A stretch of 50,590 nucleotides of DNA from a bacterium (GCA_030669415.1 DAOVDS010000001.1:1-50590), one strand, 5' to 3'; numbered from the stretch's first letter, positions 16,964-26,006 are shown. Numbers and translations: made by a program. The notes: generated from the sequence alone by a model not told the origin.

Positions 16964-16998
16964 TTTTCCGTCCCGATGAACGGGGCGGCTTTGAAATT
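16964..16998 (+). repeat. Solo REP-like hairpin of the same family as the RAYT-flanking REPs
   Basis: ttttccgtcccg-atgaa-cggggcggctttgaaatt, compared with tttttccccaccg-ataaa-cggtggggctttggaatt at 41036-41072. Confidence 0.55.
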
Positions 16999-17034
16999 AT
17001 CCCCAATCTGTGTATATCTGCGAAATCTGTGGTT

Positions 17035-17156
17035 CCTTTCTGTGTTGACACAAAACCCGCTAAGAGAGTAGACTACACCTCGGCAATCCTTCTGCAGGCC
17101 GATGTGGTGAAAGGAATCGTCCGATGAATGGCGAGGACATGAAAAAATGCCGCTAA
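17035..17156 (+). repeat. Copy B of the promoter and first 10 codons of the 19420 gene (truncated by TAA)
   Basis: 17035-17081 is identical to 19321-19367 (TTGACA, 18 nt, TAGACT). A 20-nt unrelated block follows. 17102-17150 then matches 19388-19436 with 3 mismatches. Reads MNGEDMKKCR then stop. Confidence 0.85.
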
Positions 17157-17237
17157 CCACCTCTCACGAATGGGAATATTCGAATGTTACAGCGCAAGGC
17201 TTCAAAATGAGGGACAAGGTACTGGAGCATTAGTGCA

Positions 17238-17423
17238 ATGAGAAGAGTTCACATTCTGGTGGTTGTACTTGTCGCTGGTGTTGCAGTTATCGGGTGCTAC
17301 TGCCTCTGGGCAAGCAGACCCCCGTCAGTTGGCGTAGAGAAAGGAACTGCTTGGACTCCCAGTCAGCCTCAACAGCGCGACAGCAGGGAAGTAAAGCTGA
17401 GGGACGAATATTCTGAAGAGTAG
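17238..17423 (+). CDS. Small membrane protein (61 aa), hypothetical
   Basis: One hydrophobic helix. Lies downstream of promoter copy B. Confidence 0.3.
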   Translation: MRRVHILVVVLVAGVAVIGCYCLWASRPPSVGVEKGTAWTPSQPQQRDSREVKLRDEYSEE

Positions 17424-17436
17424 GAGGTAAGTTGTC

Positions 17437-18195
17437 ATGTTTAGAGTTAGATTTGTTCTTGCGCTCATGGCGGCGGTTGCTGCTGCAGGGTTGGTCAAGT
17501 GTGCTCACGGTGGCGGGGGAGCCGACTTTGTCCCTAGCCTGACTGTGGGGGATAAATGGAAAGTCAAAGTAAGCTATATCGGGCATGATCCGGGAATTAC
17601 ACCTCGACCAGGGCGTCTCCCAGACAGTGAAGAGACGGACACTGTAGAGTACGAGGTCGTTAAGGATAAGGAAGTTACCGACGCAGAGGGAGCGACTGTC
17701 GCCGCTTATGTAATTCGCGTACCGTACGGAACTACTACGAGTTATTGGGAACTTGTCGTCAGAAAGGACACGTTCACGCTTGTAAGGTGGTACAGCGTAA
17801 ACCACGAAGGCAAGAAACACTCAGTACATGATAACAAACCTTCAGAGGCTACTTTCACATCCACTGTCCAGGAAGGGCGATGGAATTCCACCGCATGGAT
17901 TGACTTTCCCCGCTTCCCGGAAGAGGCAAAAAACGAAACGAGGAAGCTGAAATTCCACAGGACCGCCATGGATGGTGAGCCAGGCTACAAGGTGACACAA
18001 GAGACCAAGTTCACCGGCAATGTGATGGAGATAACCATCACAGCGAAATACAAGAATAAGAGGCAGAGGAAGGTTTACATCAAGTGGGAGAAAGGGAAGA
18101 AGTGGTGGAGCGAGTCCGCCAAGTGGGAGCTTGACAAGGATGGCAAGGAGGTCAAGTACTCCCGCCACACGGCAAAGCTGGTAGAAACCCCGTAG
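17437..18195 (+). CDS. Secreted hypothetical protein (252 aa)
   Basis: Signal-peptide-like N-terminus MFRVRFVLALMAAVAAAGLVKC. Lys-rich. No motif recognised. Confidence 0.5.
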   Translation: MFRVRFVLALMAAVAAAGLVKCAHGGGGADFVPSLTVGDKWKVKVSYIGHDPGITPRPGRLPDSEETDTVEYEVVKDKEVTDAEGATVAAYVIRVPYGTTTSYWELVVRKDTFTLVRWYSVNHEGKKHSVHDNKPSEATFTSTVQEGRWNSTAWIDFPRFPEEAKNETRKLKFHRTAMDGEPGYKVTQETKFTGNVMEITITAKYKNKRQRKVYIKWEKGKKWWSESAKWELDKDGKEVKYSRHTAKLVETP

Positions 18196-18279
18196 GCGCT
18201 CCACGGTACACCCGGGGCTTTTTACGTTTTCATAGACCGGTGGCTGCTGGCTGCTATCCCTCTCATTGTCGTTGAAGCT

Positions 18280-18549
18280 GTGGTTGGCTATCTCATATTC
18301 CTCGTCCCCACTGAGAGAATCTATCGGTTCTTCCTGATGGGGCTTTGCGCGTGGCTTTGGGGTTTGCTAATGCTCAGTTTCTGCTGTTTTGCCGCAGCGT
18401 TGGCGTCTGCCATCCTGGGTGGAGGATATTATAAGTTCCGCTATCCCGGTCTATTCACAACCTGGGTAGTGATATTCTTCGTCATTCCACCCGCTGTTTT
18501 CGCAGCTATCGCGATAAAGCAGTTCCTGAGAAACAGGAAGGGTTCATGA
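18280..18549 (+). CDS. Small multi-TM membrane protein, hypothetical
   Basis: Three hydrophobic segments in 89 aa. Confidence 0.4.
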   Translation: MVGYLIFLVPTERIYRFFLMGLCAWLWGLLMLSFCCFAAALASAILGGGYYKFRYPGLFTTWVVIFFVIPPAVFAAIAIKQFLRNRKGS

Positions 18550-18641
18550 GAAGCAGTGACTCTTCGGAGCATCTTTCCGCTTGACTGCTGCTCTTGGTTG
18601 TTGTATACCAACCCCCGGCAATCCTTACGAAGAGGAAAACG

Positions 18642-18923
18642 ATGACTGTCGAAGAAATCAGAAGCAAGATTCTGCCTATCCTTGAGAAATATGATGTCAG
18701 CAGGGCATCTCTGTTCGGCTCTTTCGTCAGAGGCGAGGAAAACGCACAGAGTGACATAGACCTGCTGGTTGAGTTTGCGGGTGAGAAAAGCCTCCTCGAC
18801 CTTGCGGGACTCAAGATAGAATTGGAGGACATTCTCGGCAGGACTGTAGATGTTTTGACCTACAAGTCTCTGCATCCCCTTCTCAAGGATTCAATACTGC
18901 GCGAACAGAAAGCCCTTCTATGA
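18642..18923 (+). CDS. mntA: MntA-type minimal nucleotidyltransferase (antitoxin of a HepT/MntA module)
   Basis: [22 protein letters not shown] (GS...DxD) motif. ATG 18642 follows GAAGAGGA. Confidence 0.85.
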   Translation: MTVEEIRSKILPILEKYDVSRASLFGSFVRGEENAQSDIDLLVEFAGEKSLLDLAGLKIELEDILGRTVDVLTYKSLHPLLKDSILREQKALL

Positions 18924-19264
18924 GCAAAGATGCTGTAGTCTTTATCAAGCATATACTCGAGTGCATAGACCTGCTTGAACAATATACCAGAGGCAAGAAG
19001 AAGACCGATTTTCTTCACTCAACCCAGTTGCAGGATGCTGTCATACGAAGGATTGAGATTATCGGCGAAGCCGCCAAGAATATCCCGCTGGAGGTAAAAG
19101 AGAAGTACCCCGACATTCCCTGGAAACGCATTGCCGGCATGAGAGATATACTCGTCCACAATTACTTCGGTGTTGACATGGAAGTAACGTGGGCAGTCTG
19201 CAGCACTGAACTGGGCAAACTCAAGAAACAGATTCTAAGAGTCAAGGAAGACCTGAGCGCTTAG
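18920..19264 (+). CDS. hepT: HepT-type HEPN (DUF86) toxin
   Basis: [12 protein letters not shown] (Rx4HxY) motif. ATGA overlap with mntA. Confidence 0.85.
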   Translation: MSKDAVVFIKHILECIDLLEQYTRGKKKTDFLHSTQLQDAVIRRIEIIGEAAKNIPLEVKEKYPDIPWKRIAGMRDILVHNYFGVDMEVTWAVCSTELGKLKKQILRVKEDLSA

Positions 19265-19320
19265 GCCGGTTCACGAAACACGTCAAATCACACTGCAGGC
19301 ACCATACCGGAGATGGCGGC

Positions 19321-19419
19321 GCAAACATGGCCTTTCTGTGTTGACACAAAACCCGCTAAGAGAGTAGACTACACCTCAGTAGTTCTATAGTAAGCTAATG
19401 TGGTGAAAGGAATCGTCTG
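19321..19419 (+). promoter_or_regulatory. Copy C: promoter and leader of the zinc-ribbon/pilin-like gene array
   Basis: TTGACA (19331-19336), 18 nt, TAGACT (19355-19360). GAAAGGAA RBS before ATG 19420. Confidence 0.6.
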
Positions 19420-20031
19420 ATGAATGGCGAAGACATGAAGAAATGCCCCTACTGCGCCGAGATGGTGCCCGCCAGGGCAATCAAGTGCCGCTACTGCGGC
19501 GAGTTCCTGGACGGCTCGCAACAACAGCCCTACGCGTCGGCGCCAGTACAGCAGCCGCCACCCAACAAGCTGTCCACCTGCCTGATACTCGTGATTGTGG
19601 CTGTTGGGGCAATCCCGTTTATCGCCATAGTGGCTGCGATTGCGATACCCAACATGCTCTCGTCGAGGCGCAGTGTAAAAGAGGCGTTTGTGGAGTCCAT
19701 GTGCACAGACGTAGCCTCGGCCCAGGAAGCCTACTACCTGGAGAACAGCAGGTATGGCACACTAAAGGAACTCGCAGATAAAGTGCTGATAATGCCGAGC
19801 CTCGGGAGCGGGAGCATACACGAGTATCGCTTCGAGCTTGAGGTCAGCCCGGACGGGCAGGACTGGTCGATGGTGGCCTGGCCGGTGAATCCGAGGCCCT
19901 CCACGGAAAGCTATTACATTGACACAACCGGTGAGCTGCGAACCGAGAGTTACACAAGCCATTCCGACGAAAAGGCGGGACCTGACAGCCCGCCGATTAT
20001 GGACTGGGACAGCTCAGACTGGGATGATTGA
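19420..20031 (+). CDS. Protein with zinc ribbon, one TM helix and a pilin-like domain; paralog 1
   Basis: CPYC-x10-CRYC, then the helix IVAAIAIPNMLSSRR, then a GspG/pilin-like alpha-beta region. No G/FTLIE prepilin cleavage site. Confidence 0.7.
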   Translation: MNGEDMKKCPYCAEMVPARAIKCRYCGEFLDGSQQQPYASAPVQQPPPNKLSTCLILVIVAVGAIPFIAIVAAIAIPNMLSSRRSVKEAFVESMCTDVASAQEAYYLENSRYGTLKELADKVLIMPSLGSGSIHEYRFELEVSPDGQDWSMVAWPVNPRPSTESYYIDTTGELRTESYTSHSDEKAGPDSPPIMDWDSSDWDD

Positions 20032-20075
20032 GGCGGCGCCGTTGTGTCAAGACACCGCGGCAAGAGGAAGCATGA

Positions 20076-20705
20076 ATGATTGAGCCCCTGCAGCCCCAGC
20101 GCCAGCCCGGCAAGAGGGTGCGAAGGTCGCAGTACGTCAAGAGATGCCACGCGTGCCGCGAGAAAGTCCCGGCTGATGCGAGGAAGTGCCGCCACTGCGG
20201 CGAGCTGCTCGACAAGAGGAGAAGAACGGCCGTACTTCCGCCCAAGAAGCCCCTGTCAACATGCGTAATACTGCTGATTGTCGCGGTAGCTGTTGTACCG
20301 TTCATTGCAATCGTGGCGGCAATCGCCATACCCAACCTGCTGGCGTCGAAAAAGACTGTCAACGAAGTCGCGGCTGTCAGCACGTTGAGAACCCTCTCGT
20401 TCGCCCAGGAAGTCTTTGTCACCAAGTACAGTAGATACGGAAGCTTCGATGAGCTGCAGGGAATGGGCGTTATTGACATGTCACTGGCGCAGGCGACGAC
20501 TCCCGAGCGGGCGAAGTCGGGGTACTGTTACGCGCTGAAAGCTGGTGAAGACGCCTGGTCGTGTACAGCCGTGCCGGCCGTTCCCGGTACGACGGGCCGC
20601 AAGAGCTACTACATTGACCAGTCAGGCGTTATCCGCTCTTCGATAATGACAAGCAGCTATGACGAGCCGGCTGACGAAAACAGTTTTCCATCCGGCGGGT
20701 GGTAG
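20076..20705 (+). CDS. Protein with zinc ribbon, one TM helix and a pilin-like domain; paralog 2
   Basis: CHAC-x10-CRHC, IVAAIAIPNLLASKK, C-terminal SYYIDQSGVIR. Confidence 0.7.
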   Translation: MIEPLQPQRQPGKRVRRSQYVKRCHACREKVPADARKCRHCGELLDKRRRTAVLPPKKPLSTCVILLIVAVAVVPFIAIVAAIAIPNLLASKKTVNEVAAVSTLRTLSFAQEVFVTKYSRYGSFDELQGMGVIDMSLAQATTPERAKSGYCYALKAGEDAWSCTAVPAVPGTTGRKSYYIDQSGVIRSSIMTSSYDEPADENSFPSGGW

Positions 20706-20731
20706 CATGTCGTACCAGAGGGAGACAGGTT

Positions 20732-21367
20732 ATGAACGAGTTTGATGGAAACCAGGCCCAGCCACAAGGACAAACAGGTGGGTTGCGCCCGATGAAGCAG
20801 TGCCCCTTCTGCGCCGAGGAAATACTTGACGACGCCGTGAAGTGCCGTTACTGCGGTGAGTTCCTGGCACAAGGCAGGCCGAGAGGCTATCCGCCCCCGC
20901 CACCACAGGGGGGCATGCCCGGCTGGGTAATCGTACTGATTGTCGGGGCTGTTGCCGGTCCTGTGGTTATTGCAATCATAGCGATAATCGCGGCGATTGC
21001 GATACCCAACCTCCTCGAATCGAAGACAGCGGCCAACGAAACCTCAGCGATAGCCACCTGCTACGAATTCTGCTCTGCCGAAGAACTGTATGCCGCCAAG
21101 TACGGCAAGTATGGAACTGTTGAGCAACTCAGGGATGCTGACCTGATAGACGAGCGACTCGCAGGCGGTATCAAGAGTGAGTACCATTTCAGCCTGACAG
21201 TTGGAGAGGATGGGCAAACCTGGTCAATGACCGCCGTACCGGGGGCGCCGGGTATGGGAGGCAGGAGGAGTTTCTACACAGACCAGACAGGTGTCGTACG
21301 CCATAGAAGATACACCAGCAGAAACGACCCGCCGGCCGACGGCAGCAGCACACCGTTAGGAGAGTGA
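20732..21367 (+). CDS. Protein with zinc ribbon, one TM helix and a pilin-like domain; paralog 3
   Basis: ATG 20732 follows GAGGGAG. CPFC-x10-CRYC, IIAAIAIPNLLESK, C-terminal SFYTDQTGVVR. Confidence 0.7.
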   Translation: MNEFDGNQAQPQGQTGGLRPMKQCPFCAEEILDDAVKCRYCGEFLAQGRPRGYPPPPPQGGMPGWVIVLIVGAVAGPVVIAIIAIIAAIAIPNLLESKTAANETSAIATCYEFCSAEELYAAKYGKYGTVEQLRDADLIDERLAGGIKSEYHFSLTVGEDGQTWSMTAVPGAPGMGGRRSFYTDQTGVVRHRRYTSRNDPPADGSSTPLGE

Positions 21368-22093
21368 GGGCGAACTGCCCGCGCTTTCAGCAGCTTTGCG
21401 TGACTTTCGATACCGGTGGTCGAGGTACTTGAAGACAAGGAACAACGTTAGCATGGTGCCGAGTGCGCCGGTAAGCAGCCAGGAGTGATAGCGGCCCGTC
21501 CATTTCACATCGCCGAAGGGATGGAATCCTTCGAGGTAATACCACTTGGCGACAAACGTGAGGAACCAGAACCCATCCTTGCAGACACGCTTGAAAGAGT
21601 GGTTGCGAATGCCTGCCTCGAAACTCAGTCTCAGCGAGAACCCCCCGTTGCGGATACCACTGAGGAGGGAAGGCACGAGTTTTCGCCTTACGCGCCCGGT
21701 GTATTCCCGGAACCTGTCGCCGTGAATCTTTTCGAGTTCTTCTTCCTCAAATCGTATCTTGCGGTAGTACAGCGGCACGCTGATGACGAAAAAGGCGACC
21801 GCAAGAACGATTGCGTGAACCTGCCAGCCCGTGGCAAGGCAGAATCCGAGCCCGGAGACGAGCATGCTGAAATAGGCGGGGTGGCGGCAGAAGGCGTAGG
21901 GGCCGCGCGTCGTAAGCTTGTCGCGCTTCACAAGCACACCATAGCTCAAAATCAGTACAAGGCTGCCCGCTGCTATCGCTACGACGCCGGCGACAAGCAG
22001 CTCCGGCACGGGTATCGCGACAAAGAAGAATACTATCACCGCAATCCTGCGGATTCTAAGCGGCAGGTTTCGACCGGATTTCCATATTTTCAT
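21356..22093 (-). CDS. ICMT/PEMT-family membrane methyltransferase
   Basis: GPYAFCRHPAYFSMLV motif and multiple TM helices. Confidence 0.7.
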   Translation of the reverse strand: MKIWKSGRNLPLRIRRIAVIVFFFVAIPVPELLVAGVVAIAAGSLVLILSYGVLVKRDKLTTRGPYAFCRHPAYFSMLVSGLGFCLATGWQVHAIVLAVAFFVISVPLYYRKIRFEEEELEKIHGDRFREYTGRVRRKLVPSLLSGIRNGGFSLRLSFEAGIRNHSFKRVCKDGFWFLTFVAKWYYLEGFHPFGDVKWTGRYHSWLLTGALGTMLTLFLVFKYLDHRYRKSRKAAESAGSSPSLS

Positions 22094-22134
22094 GCCGGGA
22101 TAGTATCCGGGAAGACATACAGTTTCAATAGTCT

Positions 22135-22962
22135 CTAAATCCTGATTGGCACGGTTGTCCTCTTGCGGCCTGAGTATGTGCTGACTTCTGTGAGGCCCGC
22201 GGCATCTGCCGCCTCGAGCGCCGCACCGAAGTCGCAGCCGACTTTGCCGGGGCTGTGGGCATCGGAGCCGAACGTCACCAGCTTCCCGCCGAGTTGATGG
22301 TAGAGCTTGAGGACACCGAGGCTGGGAAATATCTCGTCCGCCTGCTTGCGAAGCCCCGCCGTGTTGATTTCAAGCGCGGTGTCGCGGGTGATTGCCTCGG
22401 CAAGCACCTTGCCGATTGCGTCTTCGTACAGAGTCCAGTCGAAGGGGCCGTAGAGCGGGACGTACCCGCGCTTGGGCACGTCAAGGTGGGCGATAATATC
22501 GAACAGACCCGTCTGCGCCATCAGAAACATCTCATTGAAGTAGTCGTCCCACACTTCACGCTGGGGACGTTCTTCAAATATCGCCGTTCTCAGGAGGATG
22601 TCGCCTTCAAGATAGTGTACTGCGCCTATTACGTAGTCAAACTCATGTGTTTGAATGTAGTGCTCGATACCGGCAATGACACCGGAACGGAAATCTACTT
22701 CAACTCCCATTTTCACTATTAGCTTTCCGGCGTACCGTTCGCGCACACTTTCGATTCCGCGCCGGTAGCGCTCATAATCGAGGGTGCCGTAAGCGTCATC
22801 CGAGGCGTCGATACCAACGTGCTCGGAGAAACCGAGCTCCTTAATACCATGGTCAATTGCGGCCAGGCAGAAATCACTTAGCGTGCCTCTGCCGTCGAAG
22901 CTGAGGTCCGTGTGGACGTGGTAGTCGCAGAGGTAGCACCCGGCAGACAGCTCCGAAGTCAA
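22135..22962 (-). CDS. PHP-family histidinol-phosphatase (HisJ/HisK type)
   Basis: N-terminal CDYHVHTDLSFDG, later HxD/H motifs. About 275 aa. Confidence 0.8.
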   Translation of the reverse strand: MTSELSAGCYLCDYHVHTDLSFDGRGTLSDFCLAAIDHGIKELGFSEHVGIDASDDAYGTLDYERYRRGIESVRERYAGKLIVKMGVEVDFRSGVIAGIEHYIQTHEFDYVIGAVHYLEGDILLRTAIFEERPQREVWDDYFNEMFLMAQTGLFDIIAHLDVPKRGYVPLYGPFDWTLYEDAIGKVLAEAITRDTALEINTAGLRKQADEIFPSLGVLKLYHQLGGKLVTFGSDAHSPGKVGCDFGAALEAADAAGLTEVSTYSGRKRTTVPIRI

Positions 22963-24161
22963 TCTTCAACCCCCGCAATTGCAAGCACTGTAAGCGCGAG
23001 CCACTTCATGCCCGTGGTTAGAGAACTTAGCTTGACAAACTCCTCGAGAGTGTGGCACCTCCCGCCGTGGTAGATGCCGAAGGATATCGACGGGATGGCG
23101 CGCGAAAGAGGCAGCGCTGCGTCGGTGGAGGATGCAGCGAGTTTGACTTCGAGGCCAAGCTGCTGCGCGGCGCCGAGTGCTGTCGAGACAAGCGGGTGCT
23201 CAGGCGCTATCACTGCCGCAGGCCTGTCACCGATAAGCTCTGCGACGACATCGACATCCTCCTTGCGGGCCGCCTGAACAATCCTGAGGAAAGACTGCTC
23301 AAGCGCTTCAAGAGATTCGCGCTCAAGAGAACGAAGGTCAATCTCAGCCTCGCAACTCTGGGCAATCGCGTTTACGGAGGTGCCGCCGCGGATAGTGCCC
23401 ACGTTGTAGCTGGTCCTGGGTTCTGAGGGCACCTCGAGCGCGGCGAGCGCAGTGATAATCCGCGCCATCTCGTGGACTGCGCTGGGGGTGCCGAACTGCC
23501 CCCAGGAATGCCCGCCGGGGCATCTCACGCGAAGCACGTAGCGCCGGATGGCCAGAGAGCGATTCGCAACCGTTGATGCGCCGCCATCGACAGCTATCAT
23601 GGCAGACAGGCTCTCGCCGAGCGAGTCAAGCACTTCGGAAATGCCTGCAAGATTGCCGTTTCCCTCCTCGCAAACTGTTCCGCAGAAAGCGATGTTGCGG
23701 ACGGGGAAGATACTCAGTTCTCGAAACAGCCTCGCCATCTCAACGATAGCAGCCACGTTCGTAGCGTTGTCACCAGTCCCTGGTCCGTACAGGATGTCCT
23801 TTTCTATGCGAGTGGTGAGGTCTGTGCCGTGCGGGAATACGTGGTCAATATGAGCCGCAAGAAGAAGAGTGTCTTTTACACCTCTTGCCTGCGTGTAACC
23901 GAGAACGCTGCCCTTTGATAAAGAATGGATGTCATTTAGCCCTGACCCGGCAAAGGCTTCTTTAATGTATTCGGTCCGCTTTTTTTCATTGAAGGTGGGC
24001 GCGGGTATTTCGGCAATCTCGCGGATTCGCTCAATCAGGCCGTCCCGCGACTGGTCAATCTTCTCAAACAGCCGCGTCAGGAGCGCTCCATGTTTGCCTG
24101 CGAATTCAGCAACATGGTTTTCGCCATTTGCCTCTGACCTGGCCTGACTGTTTTCGCTCAT
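22959..24161 (-). CDS. M20-family metallopeptidase / deacylase
   Basis: LLLAAHIDHVFP, ...GTGDN..., CEEGNGNL blocks typical of the M20 ArgE/DapE/PepT family. Confidence 0.8.
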   Translation of the reverse strand: MSENSQARSEANGENHVAEFAGKHGALLTRLFEKIDQSRDGLIERIREIAEIPAPTFNEKKRTEYIKEAFAGSGLNDIHSLSKGSVLGYTQARGVKDTLLLAAHIDHVFPHGTDLTTRIEKDILYGPGTGDNATNVAAIVEMARLFRELSIFPVRNIAFCGTVCEEGNGNLAGISEVLDSLGESLSAMIAVDGGASTVANRSLAIRRYVLRVRCPGGHSWGQFGTPSAVHEMARIITALAALEVPSEPRTSYNVGTIRGGTSVNAIAQSCEAEIDLRSLERESLEALEQSFLRIVQAARKEDVDVVAELIGDRPAAVIAPEHPLVSTALGAAQQLGLEVKLAASSTDAALPLSRAIPSISFGIYHGGRCHTLEEFVKLSSLTTGMKWLALTVLAIAGVED

Positions 24162-24166
24162 AGCTG

Positions 24167-25768
24167 CTATTTATCCCTGTTCTTCTCGTACCACTGCTGC
24201 CACTTCGCGTAATTGTCCCCAAAATCGTCTTCGGTTATACTCTCCAAGGCCGCAGTGATTCGAAGAGGCTGGTCTTCTATATTTAACCATTCCAGCGTTT
24301 CGATAAGTGGCGCAATAGCTCTCTTGTCTCGCATTTCTCCTAAGGCCTCAACCGCTTCCAATGCGGACGAGCCGTAATGCTTAAGAGCCTTAATGAGAGG
24401 TGCTACCGTCTCTTTATGCTTGAGTTTTCGCAGAGCCTGTACTACCAATAACGGCACTTCGCTCTCTTCCAGAATCTCTGCAAGAAGTTGTACGGCTCGG
24501 CTGTCTCCTGATTCTCCCAGAACATATATGGCGTTGAGCCGAACACTGGTCTGCTTGTCCGACAAGCCCTCAACCATGAATTTGAACGCCTCGTTATCAC
24601 CGGCGAGTTTGAACACTCCAAGCGCGCCGCCTATTTGAACCTCTTTGTCTGTATCGTCTTTCCAGACTTTTCTGAGCGTTCCGACAGCGCTCTTGTCAGC
24701 GATGTCACATAGCGCCAATGTTACTCGGAACCGGACTTCACTGTTTTTATCTTTAAGCGTATCAATTAGAGGCTTGACCGCTTTTCTATCGCCAATCTCA
24801 CCAAGTGCCGATATTGCCCAGCGGCGCACTTCTTTATCCTTTAATATCTCAACAAGTGAATCAACCGCTGCAGATTCGCCTATATTCCCCAAAGCGCTTG
24901 CTGCTGTGCAACGAACATCCTTATCTTTGTCTTTTAATGCTTCGACAAGAGGTTCGACAACTTCTTTCTCGGCTATCATGCCCAGTGTCCACGCGGCAAA
25001 GCTGCGGACATCCGAATCAGAATCTTTCAAAGCTTTACCAAGATAGACAATTGCTGGCTTGCCTATTCGCACCAATGATTCTGCTATCTTCTCACGCACG
25101 TTTGCCCTTTGCTTCTCATGCCATTCAGTCACATTCTCTTTCGTTAACGCGCCGACTGGTGCCTCATCTTTGAATGCTTGAACCAATGCTTCAATTACCT
25201 CTTTATCATCTATTCCACCCAGTACATCAGCGGCAACATGACGGATTTCCCTATCCTTGTCCTTCAGCATTTTGAGCAGGAACTCAAGGGCTTGTTCATC
25301 TCTGTTTGTGTACACCAATGCGAAGGCAGCGCTGAGCTGAACTCTCTTGTCCTCATCATGCTTCATTAGTTTCGCCAGAGGTTCAACCGCCTTCTCATCG
25401 CCTATTCTGGCCAACGCCCCTGATGCACAGACTCGAACGTCCACATCCTTGTCTTTCAACCCGTCAATCAGGAAAGCAAGGGCTTTGTCGTCTTCTGTCA
25501 ATCCGACTAATGCACAAGCCGCGAATATCTGGAGAGGTTTGTAACTGTCTTCTTTCCACAAACCCTTAAGCGGCTCTATCGCTCTCTTATCCCCTGTTTT
25601 CGCCAATAACATTGCCACATTCCAGCGGACACCGACATCTTCATGCTGCATCGCGTCTATCAACTGCTGCACGTAGTCATCTTCGGCTGCACTGCAGCCC
25701 AACAAGAATGACATTATCACGAGTGCAGCAGGTACTATTTTTCTCATACCTTGACCTCCGATGACCAT
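24167..25768 (-). CDS. HEAT-repeat (PBS-lyase type) lipoprotein
   Basis: More than 10 repeats of the (D/E)xxVRxxAAxALGxIGDxxA(V/I)ExL pattern. Lipobox LLGC. Probable start at MRKIVP (25747). Confidence 0.7.
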   Translation of the reverse strand: MVIGGQGMRKIVPAALVIMSFLLGCSAAEDDYVQQLIDAMQHEDVGVRWNVAMLLAKTGDKRAIEPLKGLWKEDSYKPLQIFAACALVGLTEDDKALAFLIDGLKDKDVDVRVCASGALARIGDEKAVEPLAKLMKHDEDKRVQLSAAFALVYTNRDEQALEFLLKMLKDKDREIRHVAADVLGGIDDKEVIEALVQAFKDEAPVGALTKENVTEWHEKQRANVREKIAESLVRIGKPAIVYLGKALKDSDSDVRSFAAWTLGMIAEKEVVEPLVEALKDKDKDVRCTAASALGNIGESAAVDSLVEILKDKEVRRWAISALGEIGDRKAVKPLIDTLKDKNSEVRFRVTLALCDIADKSAVGTLRKVWKDDTDKEVQIGGALGVFKLAGDNEAFKFMVEGLSDKQTSVRLNAIYVLGESGDSRAVQLLAEILEESEVPLLVVQALRKLKHKETVAPLIKALKHYGSSALEAVEALGEMRDKRAIAPLIETLEWLNIEDQPLRITAALESITEDDFGDNYAKWQQWYEKNRDK

Positions 25769-25891
25769 AACATTCTATTATGATGTGCGAGTAAAAACAA
25801 GGTTCCAGTTCGCCCCGTGTGCAAGACGTTTGTTGGTGAAAAGTCCGCCAGAAGGTCTTTCTCCACTGCCCGCCGTGACAGACGTAGTACA

Positions 25892-26006
25892 GCAGTCAAC
25901 ACGGCGAACAAGTTCGCCGGCTAAATACCCCCGCCGTGAACGGCGGGGCTTGGGAAATTACATTCCGCGTTGCAGTCAACGCGGCGAACAAGTTCGCCGG
26001 CTAAAT
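25892..26006. repeat. REP-like hairpin (25929-25948) flanked by a 35-nt direct duplication (25892-25926 / 25972-26006)
   Basis: ccccgccg-tgaa-cggcgggg followed by cttgggaaatt. The duplicated unit gcagtcaacRcggcgaacaagttcgccggctaaat includes the aminotransferase stop codon and its ggcgaac..gttcgcc hairpin. Confidence 0.75.

Noticed and set aside
12672-21367. Integrase, transposase or phage genes that would explain the nested duplications in the accessory block
   Set aside because: None of the ORFs in this interval shows recombinase motifs (no R..HxxR..Y, DDE or serine recombinase signatures). The only transposase in the window is the RAYT at 41 kb.
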